Origin: an uncultured Rhodospirillales bacterium | GTDB lineage: Bacteria; Pseudomonadota; Alphaproteobacteria; Micavibrionales; Micavibrionaceae | DNA length: 28,856 bases | NCBI GenBank assembly: GCA_965369185.1 | Contig: CBDUPU010000001.1 | Location: 1 to 28,856, forward strand | Direction of reading: 5' to 3' | Shown here: one piece after another, positions 16,094 through 23,953 of the stretch | Position numbering within the stretch: the first letter of the stretch is position 1 | How the letters are laid out: every line of letters begins with the position of its first letter | The notes under the pieces: model-generated | Told to the model about the DNA's origin: nothing | Databases searched by the model: none | The model's input: the letters and a program-made list of their open reading frames with translations, nothing else | Translations under genes and position numbers: made by a program

Positions 16094-16594
16094 TCAATCG
16101 CGCTTTAAACTTCGCAAATCGTCACCGGCCGGGCGGGGAATTATTGTGTCAGGATTATGAGCAATAATGCCGGGTATCGTCTTATTGAAACGATCCAGCT
16201 CTTCCTTGTTGATCGACTTTCGATTGATTTTGATATCGTGCATTACAATACCGCCAGAAGCATCGGGGATGGCAATGCACTCGGCCATTTCAGAGCGGGT
16301 ACCGCCAAAGGCGTCGGTATAGGTATAAAAAATCCGCAATGATCGGCCATACTCGTCATAACGCGTGACCTGAAAGGACGTTGGATATTTCATACGCGCT
16401 TCAAGATAGGTGCGGCAAACGCCGAAATTTATTCCCGCCCGCAAGGGCTGCATGGCGAACCAAATAAGAAAAACAAGAACGGCAGCGCCAATGCCGAGAT
16501 ACATTTTTTGCTTTTTGCGCTTTTCCTTAAGCGCAGCGGCACGCTCCCGCGCCTGCTTTCTATCTGTATCGTCGTTGGCTGTATGATCCGTCAT
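16094..16594 (-). CDS. Hypothetical single-pass membrane protein downstream of icmB
   Basis: Basic N-terminus (KEKRKKQK), TM YLGIGAAVLVFLIWFAM, periplasmic domain with two Cys; 35 bp after the icmB stop. Confidence 0.75.
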   Translation of the reverse strand: MTDHTANDDTDRKQARERAAALKEKRKKQKMYLGIGAAVLVFLIWFAMQPLRAGINFGVCRTYLEARMKYPTSFQVTRYDEYGRSLRIFYTYTDAFGGTRSEMAECIAIPDASGGIVMHDIKINRKSINKEELDRFNKTIPGIIAHNPDTIIPRPAGDDLRSLKRD

Positions 16595-16629
16595 GGCTTT
16601 TGGCTGTGTCCTGCGAAACGTTGTTTAGC

Positions 16630-19600
16630 TTACAAAAGAGCCCGCTTGAATTTTTCACGCTCTTTCGCTTCCTCGGCCATTTCCGATTTCGCCACGAGCT
16701 CGGAAACAATCTCTTCGATCACAGCGCTGGTCAAGGCCCCGCGGGATTCTTTTTCCGATTCACTCTTGGCTACAACGCGGCGCTTGATCTCGTTCCGCGC
16801 ACTACCGCCGGGGAAGGCCGTCGCCAGCATCTGACGGGCACGGCTTGCGCCAAGGCGATTGTATAGGCGGTTACGAATCGAGACATCTTCTGACGATGTC
16901 GAAAGCGCCCAAAGTTCGATCGGACCGAGCGTATTATAAAGGAATTGCTCGTAACGCCCCTCCGTCGTGCCGAGAACAAACAATACGGGCGCGCCGTGGG
17001 CTTTTGGACCGGTCAACTTATAACGAATAATTTCGCGTGCTGTTTCAGACAAGCCGAAACGTTCTCGCACATTTTCAACGGCCGATTCAGAAATCGCCGA
17101 GCCAAGAACCCATACACCGGTAGCAAGATCGATCATGTCATCATCGAAATCGTCAAGCAGCTGCGAAGACAGCAGGATCTGGACGCCCCGCTTACGGCCC
17201 TCACGAACATCCCGAATCAGCTGGGAGCGCACCGACCCTGACTTACTGGTACGGTGGAATTCGTCGTAACATAGCCGTTTTGGCGTCTCGGAAATATCCT
17301 GCAAACGCGCCTCGTGATATGGACGGTATTTTTCCGGCATAAATTCAATTGATTCCGGCCCGATCCACCAGTTACGCACCAGCACGTGACGGGCAAGCAT
17401 GTACATAATGGACGTCTGGCGATCGGCAACGTCATCACCTTGCGGCGCGACATCCATCAAATCCAGAGAGCAAACGCGGCTGTCGCTGATATCAAACTGG
17501 GTGACAGAAGCCAAAATCGGGAATTCACGAATGGCGGATGTAATCATCCGTTCAAAGGCATTAATGACCGTTTCCGCACTAAAGCCGACCGAGGTTTCCT
17601 CTAGCAAAGTACGGATTTGCGGACGACGCGATGCGGTAATAGAGTCGCTGATCGTCGGCACGGCATGGCGCTGGGCCAGCCTGGCAATATGATATTCACC
17701 AAGATCGTACATTTTATCAACGACGTCCCACCAATACGGATCGGACGGCAAGTGAACGTTGAATTTCGCCAGCGCATCATCAACTTCCGGATCAAGGCGC
17801 GGCAAGAACGGGCGCGGCTCGGCATTGGCAGACACGTCATCACGCCAGCGATACATTTCGTCAACACAAAGGCCCGCAAGCTGCTGGATACCGTCATAAG
17901 GCTTTTCATGCCCCGGCGGCGTACAGAGCAGAGTCAGTAGCTCAACAAGGTAGCTACGCTCATCGATCAACGGATGCCGGCAACCAAGCTGAGTATCAAA
18001 CGGGTTAACCGCGAATTGGTGCGCCATTTGCAGACGGTAATACGTTGCCTCATGCTGGCGGTTTTGCGGCAGCGCCTCTTTAATAAGGGAAATCATCCCT
18101 GAAGAAGACGGGCCGATATCGATAACCGCGACATAAGGCAGCTTGCTGATGCCCGGTGACAAGCAAGTGCCGAGATTAAGCGCATTCAGAAGAACGGATT
18201 TACCAGCGCCCGGTTGCGCGAACACGAGATCGAACCATGTGGTTGTGACGTTCGTGCCAGTCTGATACGGCCAAAGTTTACCGTCCGGAGTCCGCAGAAG
18301 GATCGAGCCTTTTTCAAACGGGCTGGACGGACGCTGCCAAGGCATCAATTTCATGACTTCAAACATCGGCGCAACGGCGGTCGGCGCCGTACCGGAACAA
18401 TGTATCCCCATCGCCGATGACAGAACGCTATCAAGCGGGTCGCCAGAAAATTCGCTGACCTGACAATAGCCCCAACTTTCCACCGCCTGAATCAGGGTGG
18501 ACAGCCTGTTGTTAATTTCACCGGTGTCACCGGTGGCCGGTGCCCATGTCGCAAAAGATACGCGCAACTTCACCACTGGCTCACGGCGCGAGAGAATTTC
18601 CAGTCCTTCGAGGGAGAATTTGATCTGCTTGTTAAGGGAATTGGTGACGCCCATAATCGTTGCGGCAAAAGCGCGGAACGCCGTAGCGGACGCGCCGCCA
18701 CCTTCGATCATAAACGAAACACGCCACGGAATATCGGCCTCGAACAAACGGTTGAGCAGCTGCGGGAAAGGCATTGCGTCCATCGGTCCAAGCGTCATAT
18801 CGGCGCCGGCCCAATAAAGATCACCGATCTGAACAACACTACGATCGACGACATACGCATCGCCGACTGCAATTTGCTGCGATAAAGGCGGCCACATAAT
18901 ATCCGACATATCCTTGCGGCTGGTCGGCATACGCGGCGGGATCGGATCGCCCGGCAAACAGGCCTTCCAGCTCTCGTTGGCCTTGTTCGGGTAAAGATTG
19001 CTGCGCACGGCGCGCAAGGCGTCATGCACCTCCATTACTTCCGACTTGATACCGAGTTCGTCGAGCGCCGAGACCACGGCAGAAGTATAACTTCTATGCC
19101 TTGTACGCAGCGCATCAAGCGCGGCGAGAGGGAATTGCGCGTAACCGGCAGTAATCCATTTTTTTGCCTTTGATTCCTTGGCGGCGCGCTGAATCTCGTT
19201 TTTAGTAAGGATCGTCGAGCGGGTCCAGAGGACGAAATAGCACTCTTCATAAGTCAGAAAATTAGACAAATGTTTGACGCGTTCTGTGAAAACATCGTCC
19301 AGATCCATACCGGCATTGGCAGCGCCCTTACGGCTGGGGTCTACCATGCGCTTAAGATAGGCCTCGATACGGTTAGGATCACGCACGAAATAAACCTGCA
19401 TCGCGTGACCGCGGCGATCGAAACGGGCACCGACCTTGATGGTCGCGCCTTCAACGAGGTGCTGATATTCCTGTTCGCCAATAACCTGACGGCTGCCATC
19501 GACCTTCAAATAGGTCAGAAGCGATCCGTCCTTGGCAACAAGAACATGATTATCGTCTGCTGTTTCCAGCGTAATAAAACTCTCGACAGACTGACGAAGA

Positions 19601-19641
19601 AAAGTCTGAAAAGGTATGACAAATTTATAAAACCAATTCAT
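16630..19641 (-). CDS. icmB: Type IVB secretion ATPase IcmB/DotO (VirB4/TraU-like)
   Basis: 1003 aa; Walker A AQPGAGKS, IDIGPSS, INPFDT-like VNPFDTQLG, Walker B LCYDEFH, REGRKRGVQILLSSQ, C-terminal LGPIELWALST; synteny after icmJ. Confidence 0.93.
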   Translation of the reverse strand: MNWFYKFVIPFQTFLRQSVESFITLETADDNHVLVAKDGSLLTYLKVDGSRQVIGEQEYQHLVEGATIKVGARFDRRGHAMQVYFVRDPNRIEAYLKRMVDPSRKGAANAGMDLDDVFTERVKHLSNFLTYEECYFVLWTRSTILTKNEIQRAAKESKAKKWITAGYAQFPLAALDALRTRHRSYTSAVVSALDELGIKSEVMEVHDALRAVRSNLYPNKANESWKACLPGDPIPPRMPTSRKDMSDIMWPPLSQQIAVGDAYVVDRSVVQIGDLYWAGADMTLGPMDAMPFPQLLNRLFEADIPWRVSFMIEGGGASATAFRAFAATIMGVTNSLNKQIKFSLEGLEILSRREPVVKLRVSFATWAPATGDTGEINNRLSTLIQAVESWGYCQVSEFSGDPLDSVLSSAMGIHCSGTAPTAVAPMFEVMKLMPWQRPSSPFEKGSILLRTPDGKLWPYQTGTNVTTTWFDLVFAQPGAGKSVLLNALNLGTCLSPGISKLPYVAVIDIGPSSSGMISLIKEALPQNRQHEATYYRLQMAHQFAVNPFDTQLGCRHPLIDERSYLVELLTLLCTPPGHEKPYDGIQQLAGLCVDEMYRWRDDVSANAEPRPFLPRLDPEVDDALAKFNVHLPSDPYWWDVVDKMYDLGEYHIARLAQRHAVPTISDSITASRRPQIRTLLEETSVGFSAETVINAFERMITSAIREFPILASVTQFDISDSRVCSLDLMDVAPQGDDVADRQTSIMYMLARHVLVRNWWIGPESIEFMPEKYRPYHEARLQDISETPKRLCYDEFHRTSKSGSVRSQLIRDVREGRKRGVQILLSSQLLDDFDDDMIDLATGVWVLGSAISESAVENVRERFGLSETAREIIRYKLTGPKAHGAPVLFVLGTTEGRYEQFLYNTLGPIELWALSTSSEDVSIRNRLYNRLGASRARQMLATAFPGGSARNEIKRRVVAKSESEKESRGALTSAVIEEIVSELVAKSEMAEEAKEREKFKRALL

Positions 19642-19785
19642 AAGATGACGCTGCCGTTACTCACTGCTGTTAGCCATGGCGCAAAGAAGAATTACCCACC
19701 AATAGATAGTATATAGTTTAAACGGTTCGGGAAATAGTTCGATTATTCTTTTTTTGCTTTTTGCCGAATTTATCGCGCAAAACAC

Positions 19786-20484
19786 CTAAGCCGCTTCTGC
19801 AACAGCGCGCGCCTGCTGATAAAGACCGACCCATTCTTTCGGAATTTTACCGCCGAACGGGCCGTCTTTTGACCGCCAGTAAGCAAGAATTTGAGGAAAC
19901 TGGTTAAATTCGAGATCGGATTCCCTGATAATCCGGCGATCCAGCGGAAAGAGCCGAATGCCTTCCAGCTTATCACGGCGCGTTTCATAACTTGCCTGAC
20001 TGATATAATCCTTTAGCACGGTTGAAAGAATAAACGGGTCGTCTGTGCCCAGACGATTACGCATTTCGTCGCGCCGTTTCATCAAAACTTCTAAAGAGCG
20101 CCGCGCCGCATCGGCAATCGGTCCCTGTGAAATTCGCGCGACATAAACCGCACGCGCAATATGGTGAAGCTGTGCCTGTGAAAGTTCAGGCAGCCATATA
20201 AGGACACCGGAGCGCATGGCACTGACATCATCCAGATTGAAACATTGGTGACAGAAAATACAGGTCGTCGCCATATTGTCAGGCTGCACATCATTGCGGC
20301 GGCCATTTAAAAAATGAACATCCTGATATTTAGCAGAGCGGAACCCGCAGCACTGGCAAGTATGATTGTCGCGTTCGAAAATCTTTTGCTTGAGCTCCGG
20401 AGTCAGCTTGCTTTTATCTGAAGAAGCGGACTGGGCATTGCGCGAAGACCGTGCAATGCCCAGTGTAATAGGTATGTTACGCAT
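19786..20484 (-). CDS. icmJ: IcmJ/DotN (Zn-binding HNH-like, TraT-like)
   Basis: RDNHTCQCCGF...HFLNG...TCIFCHQCF, LIWLPELSQAQL; lies between icmD and icmB. Start MRNIP at 20484 preferred over TTG at 20514. Confidence 0.88.
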   Translation of the reverse strand: MRNIPITLGIARSSRNAQSASSDKSKLTPELKQKIFERDNHTCQCCGFRSAKYQDVHFLNGRRNDVQPDNMATTCIFCHQCFNLDDVSAMRSGVLIWLPELSQAQLHHIARAVYVARISQGPIADAARRSLEVLMKRRDEMRNRLGTDDPFILSTVLKDYISQASYETRRDKLEGIRLFPLDRRIIRESDLEFNQFPQILAYWRSKDGPFGGKIPKEWVGLYQQARAVAEAA

Positions 20485-20506
20485 TTTACTTATGGTCGCG
20501 TTATCC

Positions 20507-20521
20507 TTAACCAAAGTTTAC
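20507..20521 (-). repeat. 15-bp motif GTAAACTTTGGTTAA, copy 2 (upstream of icmJ)
   Basis: Exact match to 21327-21341. Confidence 0.85.
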
Positions 20522-20898
20522 TGAACGGCGAAGTCAACCTGATTCAGCGTTGCCGCGTTCACGCCAGCGCCATCACCGATCGTTTCGAACATTGCTTCGT
20601 ATACAATCGGCAGGGCAAACAGACCGCCACCGGCTGCCAGACGAATTGCACCATCTTTCAGCGGTGTTTGCTGCGGGTTCTCAACATGGTCCTTGATTTT
20701 CAGGATGCCAAGAACACCGATCAAAATGCCGAACATATATGCAAGACCTGTCAACAGACCCGGCACACTTTCAACAGAAGTGGTGATGTTTTGTGCAATA
20801 GAGCTGAAGTTGTTGGCATGAGCTGCCGAGCTGCTAAGCAGCATCCCCGACATCAAAGCCGCGCCCATCATCAGTGAAGTACGATTTAGTTTTTTCAT
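20518..20898 (-). CDS. icmD: IcmD/DotP-like small membrane protein, copy 2
   Basis: Signal peptide ...SSAAHA|, two hydrophobic helices around KIKDHVENPQQTP; syntenic position between icmC and icmJ; AGGAGG RBS. Confidence 0.82.
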   Translation of the reverse strand: MKKLNRTSLMMGAALMSGMLLSSSAAHANNFSSIAQNITTSVESVPGLLTGLAYMFGILIGVLGILKIKDHVENPQQTPLKDGAIRLAAGGGLFALPIVYEAMFETIGDGAGVNAATLNQVDFAVQ

Positions 20899-20921
20899 TT
20901 CTCACAGTCCTCCTACAAGTT

Positions 20922-21305
20922 TTATTGAACGGCGAAGTCAACCTGGTTCAGTGTTGCCGCAGTCACACCAGCACCATCACCGATCGTTTCAAACATTGCT
21001 TCGTATACAATCGGCAGGGCAAACAAACCGCCACCGGCTGCCAGACGAATCGCCCCGTCTTTCAGCGGTGTTTGTTGCGGATTCTCAACATGGTCCTTGA
21101 TTTTCAGGATACCAAGAACGCCGATCAAAATGCCGAACATATATGCAAGACCTGTCAGCAGACCCGGTACACTTTGAACGGACGTTGTAATATTTTCTGC
21201 GATGGAGCTGAAGTTGTTACCAGCATGTGCCGCCGAGCTGCTAAGCAGCATCCCCGACATCAAAGCCGCACCCATCATCAGCGATGCACGATTTAGTTTT
21301 TTCAT
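20922..21305 (-). CDS. icmD: IcmD/DotP-like small membrane protein, copy 1
   Basis: Differs from copy 2 by 4 amino-acid substitutions and one Gly indel. Confidence 0.82.
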   Translation of the reverse strand: MKKLNRASLMMGAALMSGMLLSSSAAHAGNNFSSIAENITTSVQSVPGLLTGLAYMFGILIGVLGILKIKDHVENPQQTPLKDGAIRLAAGGGLFALPIVYEAMFETIGDGAGVTAATLNQVDFAVQ

Positions 21306-21326
21306 AGTTTATGGTCCTCTCTCACG

Positions 21327-21341
21327 TTAACCAAAGTTTAC
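21327..21341 (-). repeat. 15-bp motif GTAAACTTTGGTTAA, copy 1 (upstream of icmD copy 1)
   Basis: Exact match to 20507-20521; it also encodes the last codons of icmC (V-N-F-G-stop). Confidence 0.85.
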
Positions 21342-22322
21342 ACCAACAGCGCTTAATCCGAAAGTCTCTTGAACTGCGTTCAACAACGGCCCCAGATTAA
21401 TGGCAAGAGCGCCGCCGAACAGGTGGGTCATACCCGCCATCAACGATGCTTGCTGGTTTCCTTCCGCTACATCTCTGATAATGAACCAGCCGCGGACAAA
21501 GCTGACCCACCCCAAGACCATAACAAATGCAAGCACCGCACTTATTACGCTCAAAACATGTTCCCTTTCCGGATCCGTAAGTCCGGCATCGAAAGTAAGT
21601 TGCGCCTGGTTTGCGACTTGGTCGGTCGTGAACAGCGTCGTTGACCAGGCAGACATCATCTCATCGGCCGAGAACAGTGCGCCGGCGACAATAAATGTCA
21701 TGATCGTGCCAAAACCGCCCGGGCCGCGCGGGCCTTCCTGCGCCGATTTAAGCAACCGCAAGATACCAATAATCGTCAGGATCGTAGCAGCCATATAGCA
21801 GAATAATTTAACAACGTTGGCGAAAGGCTTGTACGCATCATTCATCAACGCAACAACCATCGCATCAAGTCCGGCGCCTGTCGGCGACCCTGCCCAGCTA
21901 TCACTGCTGAGAGTAAGCGCATCGCCGCTATTATTACTCAGCGTGACGTAAACAACCTCCATCACCATCGGCAGCGCGAACAGGCAGCCCGCGCAAATAG
22001 TGCGCTTTAGCGGCTCCCATATAGAGACCTGGTGCGGGTTTTGAACATGTTCGTAAAATTTGGCGATTGCCCAGAGACCGATGACCAGACCAAAAAGGTA
22101 ACTCATCCCGGCGAGAAGCCCGACAGACTCAGTACTGTTTTCAAAAACGTTACAAAGGACGCCGCCGATTGTGGTGTCCTGACCGCAGGTACCGGCTGAA
22201 GTTGCCGGGCTGATACCACCCGCAAGAGCCGGCAAGGCAGACAGAAGAACAATCGCCAACGGCATAAACCCATGAACGATTATACTATTTCTGATTTTTT
22301 TAAAACCTATGCCGCCACGCAT
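21327..22322 (-). CDS. icmC: IcmC/DotE-like polytopic membrane protein with an extra N-terminal IcmD-like unit
   Basis: Three helical-hairpin repeats (K..EHVQNPHQ, R.LKSAQEGPRG, RDVAEGNQQAS); position between icmG and icmD. Confidence 0.75.
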   Translation of the reverse strand: MRGGIGFKKIRNSIIVHGFMPLAIVLLSALPALAGGISPATSAGTCGQDTTIGGVLCNVFENSTESVGLLAGMSYLFGLVIGLWAIAKFYEHVQNPHQVSIWEPLKRTICAGCLFALPMVMEVVYVTLSNNSGDALTLSSDSWAGSPTGAGLDAMVVALMNDAYKPFANVVKLFCYMAATILTIIGILRLLKSAQEGPRGPGGFGTIMTFIVAGALFSADEMMSAWSTTLFTTDQVANQAQLTFDAGLTDPEREHVLSVISAVLAFVMVLGWVSFVRGWFIIRDVAEGNQQASLMAGMTHLFGGALAINLGPLLNAVQETFGLSAVGVNFG

Positions 22323-22537
22323 GACACACCCAAATTTACTTATATAGTTAACTTAACCGTTTTATTGATCTTTATTACCCTTATTACCCTCTTCTAATAA
22401 TTAGATCACATTTTATATAAATTGTGCAAGTTTCAAGGGTCATATCAAAGGTATAGGCAAAGAGTTAATATTTAGTTGATCAGCGCCTTGCGTTTACCGG
22501 CCTGATTCAAAGAATACTTATTTATCATGGGTGATAC
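22323..22537 (-). promoter_or_regulatory. AT-rich internal promoter region upstream of icmC
   Basis: 215-bp AT-rich gap containing CTATAT (-10-like, minus strand, about 22342-22347), a tandem TTATTACCC x2 (22372-22389) and TTAA-N7-TTGA (22465-22479). Confidence 0.5.
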
Positions 22538-23896
22538 TTACTGACTAATGCGTCCGGCAGATCCCTGCACAACCCAGCGCCCGTTCTCGACAAAAATACC
22601 GGTAACCTTACCGATACCGTCAAGATTTTCGCCGACAGTGACACTATACATGTCATCGCCGCCTTTACGCGCGACCATGGCCTGCCCCGGCTGTGCCGAT
22701 TTCAGTACCCAGCTGGCTGTGCCAGACTGGGGAGCAACCGGCTTCGAAGCCGGTTTTGCTGCGGTTCGCGCCGGTGCCGTTTTCTCTACGGACCTCGGTG
22801 CTGACTTTACTGCAGAGGAAACATCGTTATTTTTCGGCGCCTTCTCCAAAGTCGCCAAACGGTTTTCAAGTTTGGTAACGCTGGTCTGAAGATCATCAAG
22901 CTGATCAAGATTACTTTCGATTTGGCCCAGCCGGTCAGTAATGCGATCGAGCTTCTCATTCAACTGCGCAACATCGCCACTCTGCACCTTGGCTTGAGAG
23001 GCAGAAACAGCAGAAACCGCCTCAGGCCTGTCATCATTCATATTAACGGTATCAGCCGGAGTCTCTACCGACTGCACCGCCAACTTATCGCCCGTCGCGC
23101 GCACCGGATCCGCCGGCTCATCATTGTCCTTTTCAACAGAAGCCTCACCCAGACGCTCCGGCATCGGGATCAACCCCTCAACCGGTTCCGGGCGCGGAGA
23201 ACGTGGAACGACCGGCGCTTCGGTTACATCCGGGGCCTCAGCCTGAGCCATAGGGGCGGGCATCGGCAAATCACCATCAGCTACCTTGCCATTACTTTCA
23301 TCAACGACAACCAGCTGCGTCGGTACAGCCGCCTCACGGTTACGCAAGCGCGCTAAAGCCTGCGGATCATTCAGCAGACCTTCCCGGCGTTGCTCTTCTT
23401 CCGGGGCAGCAACATGCGCTTCATCCTGCTTACCGTAGGTTACCCCGAAAGCATCCTTGGGCTTTACCTTGGTTTCATTATGAAATTCAACCCGTTCGCT
23501 GGGGTTGACCTGCGCTGCGCCGGCGACTTTTTCCATGATCGGGGCGCCAAGATTTTCTTCTTTACGGGCGGACATCACCACGTAACCACCGACACCGACA
23601 GCAAAAATAACCAGACTGCCAATGATCAGCTTATAAAAAGCAGCCTTTCGCTCTTCAGAGCCATCGCCATCACTATCATCGATAAAGCCCTCTTCATCAT
23701 AGGCTTCCCAGTCTTCTTCGATAAAGTCATCGCCACCAACGTCATCAGCGAAACCATCATCGGCAGAAAAATCCGCAGCGTCGAAATCTTCATCGGCATA
23801 TGGCTGTTGATTGCCGTCACCATCCATTGCCAGATCGTCTTCCTGGGTCAAATCTTCCGGAATCTGATTTTCAATGTCCTTATCGCCACTCATCAT
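22538..23896 (-). CDS. icmG: IcmG/DotF-like (TraP-like) core-complex protein
   Basis: Acidic N-terminus, single TM (LIIGSLVIFAVGVGGYVVM), Pro-rich linker, heptad coiled coil (LNEKLDRITDRLGQIESNL), C-terminal WVLKSAQPGQAMV...VTVGENLDGIGKVTGI...WVV domain; synteny. Confidence 0.8.
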   Translation of the reverse strand: MMSGDKDIENQIPEDLTQEDDLAMDGDGNQQPYADEDFDAADFSADDGFADDVGGDDFIEEDWEAYDEEGFIDDSDGDGSEERKAAFYKLIIGSLVIFAVGVGGYVVMSARKEENLGAPIMEKVAGAAQVNPSERVEFHNETKVKPKDAFGVTYGKQDEAHVAAPEEEQRREGLLNDPQALARLRNREAAVPTQLVVVDESNGKVADGDLPMPAPMAQAEAPDVTEAPVVPRSPRPEPVEGLIPMPERLGEASVEKDNDEPADPVRATGDKLAVQSVETPADTVNMNDDRPEAVSAVSASQAKVQSGDVAQLNEKLDRITDRLGQIESNLDQLDDLQTSVTKLENRLATLEKAPKNNDVSSAVKSAPRSVEKTAPARTAAKPASKPVAPQSGTASWVLKSAQPGQAMVARKGGDDMYSVTVGENLDGIGKVTGIFVENGRWVVQGSAGRISQ

Positions 23897-23953
23897 ACTG
23901 CCATTATATCAAATTTGTTTTGCTAACTGGTTATGAAATTTCAGCCGCCGAAC

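Noticed and set aside
19786-20484. HNH-like motif considered as a homing endonuclease or toxin
   Set aside because: Position and motifs fit the structural T4BSS subunit IcmJ/DotN, which is known to have an HNH-like Zn-binding fold.
20518-21341. Repeated sequence considered as a CRISPR array or IS terminal repeats
   Set aside because: The repeats are two coding gene copies and one 15-mer pair; there is no repeat-spacer periodicity, cas gene or transposase.
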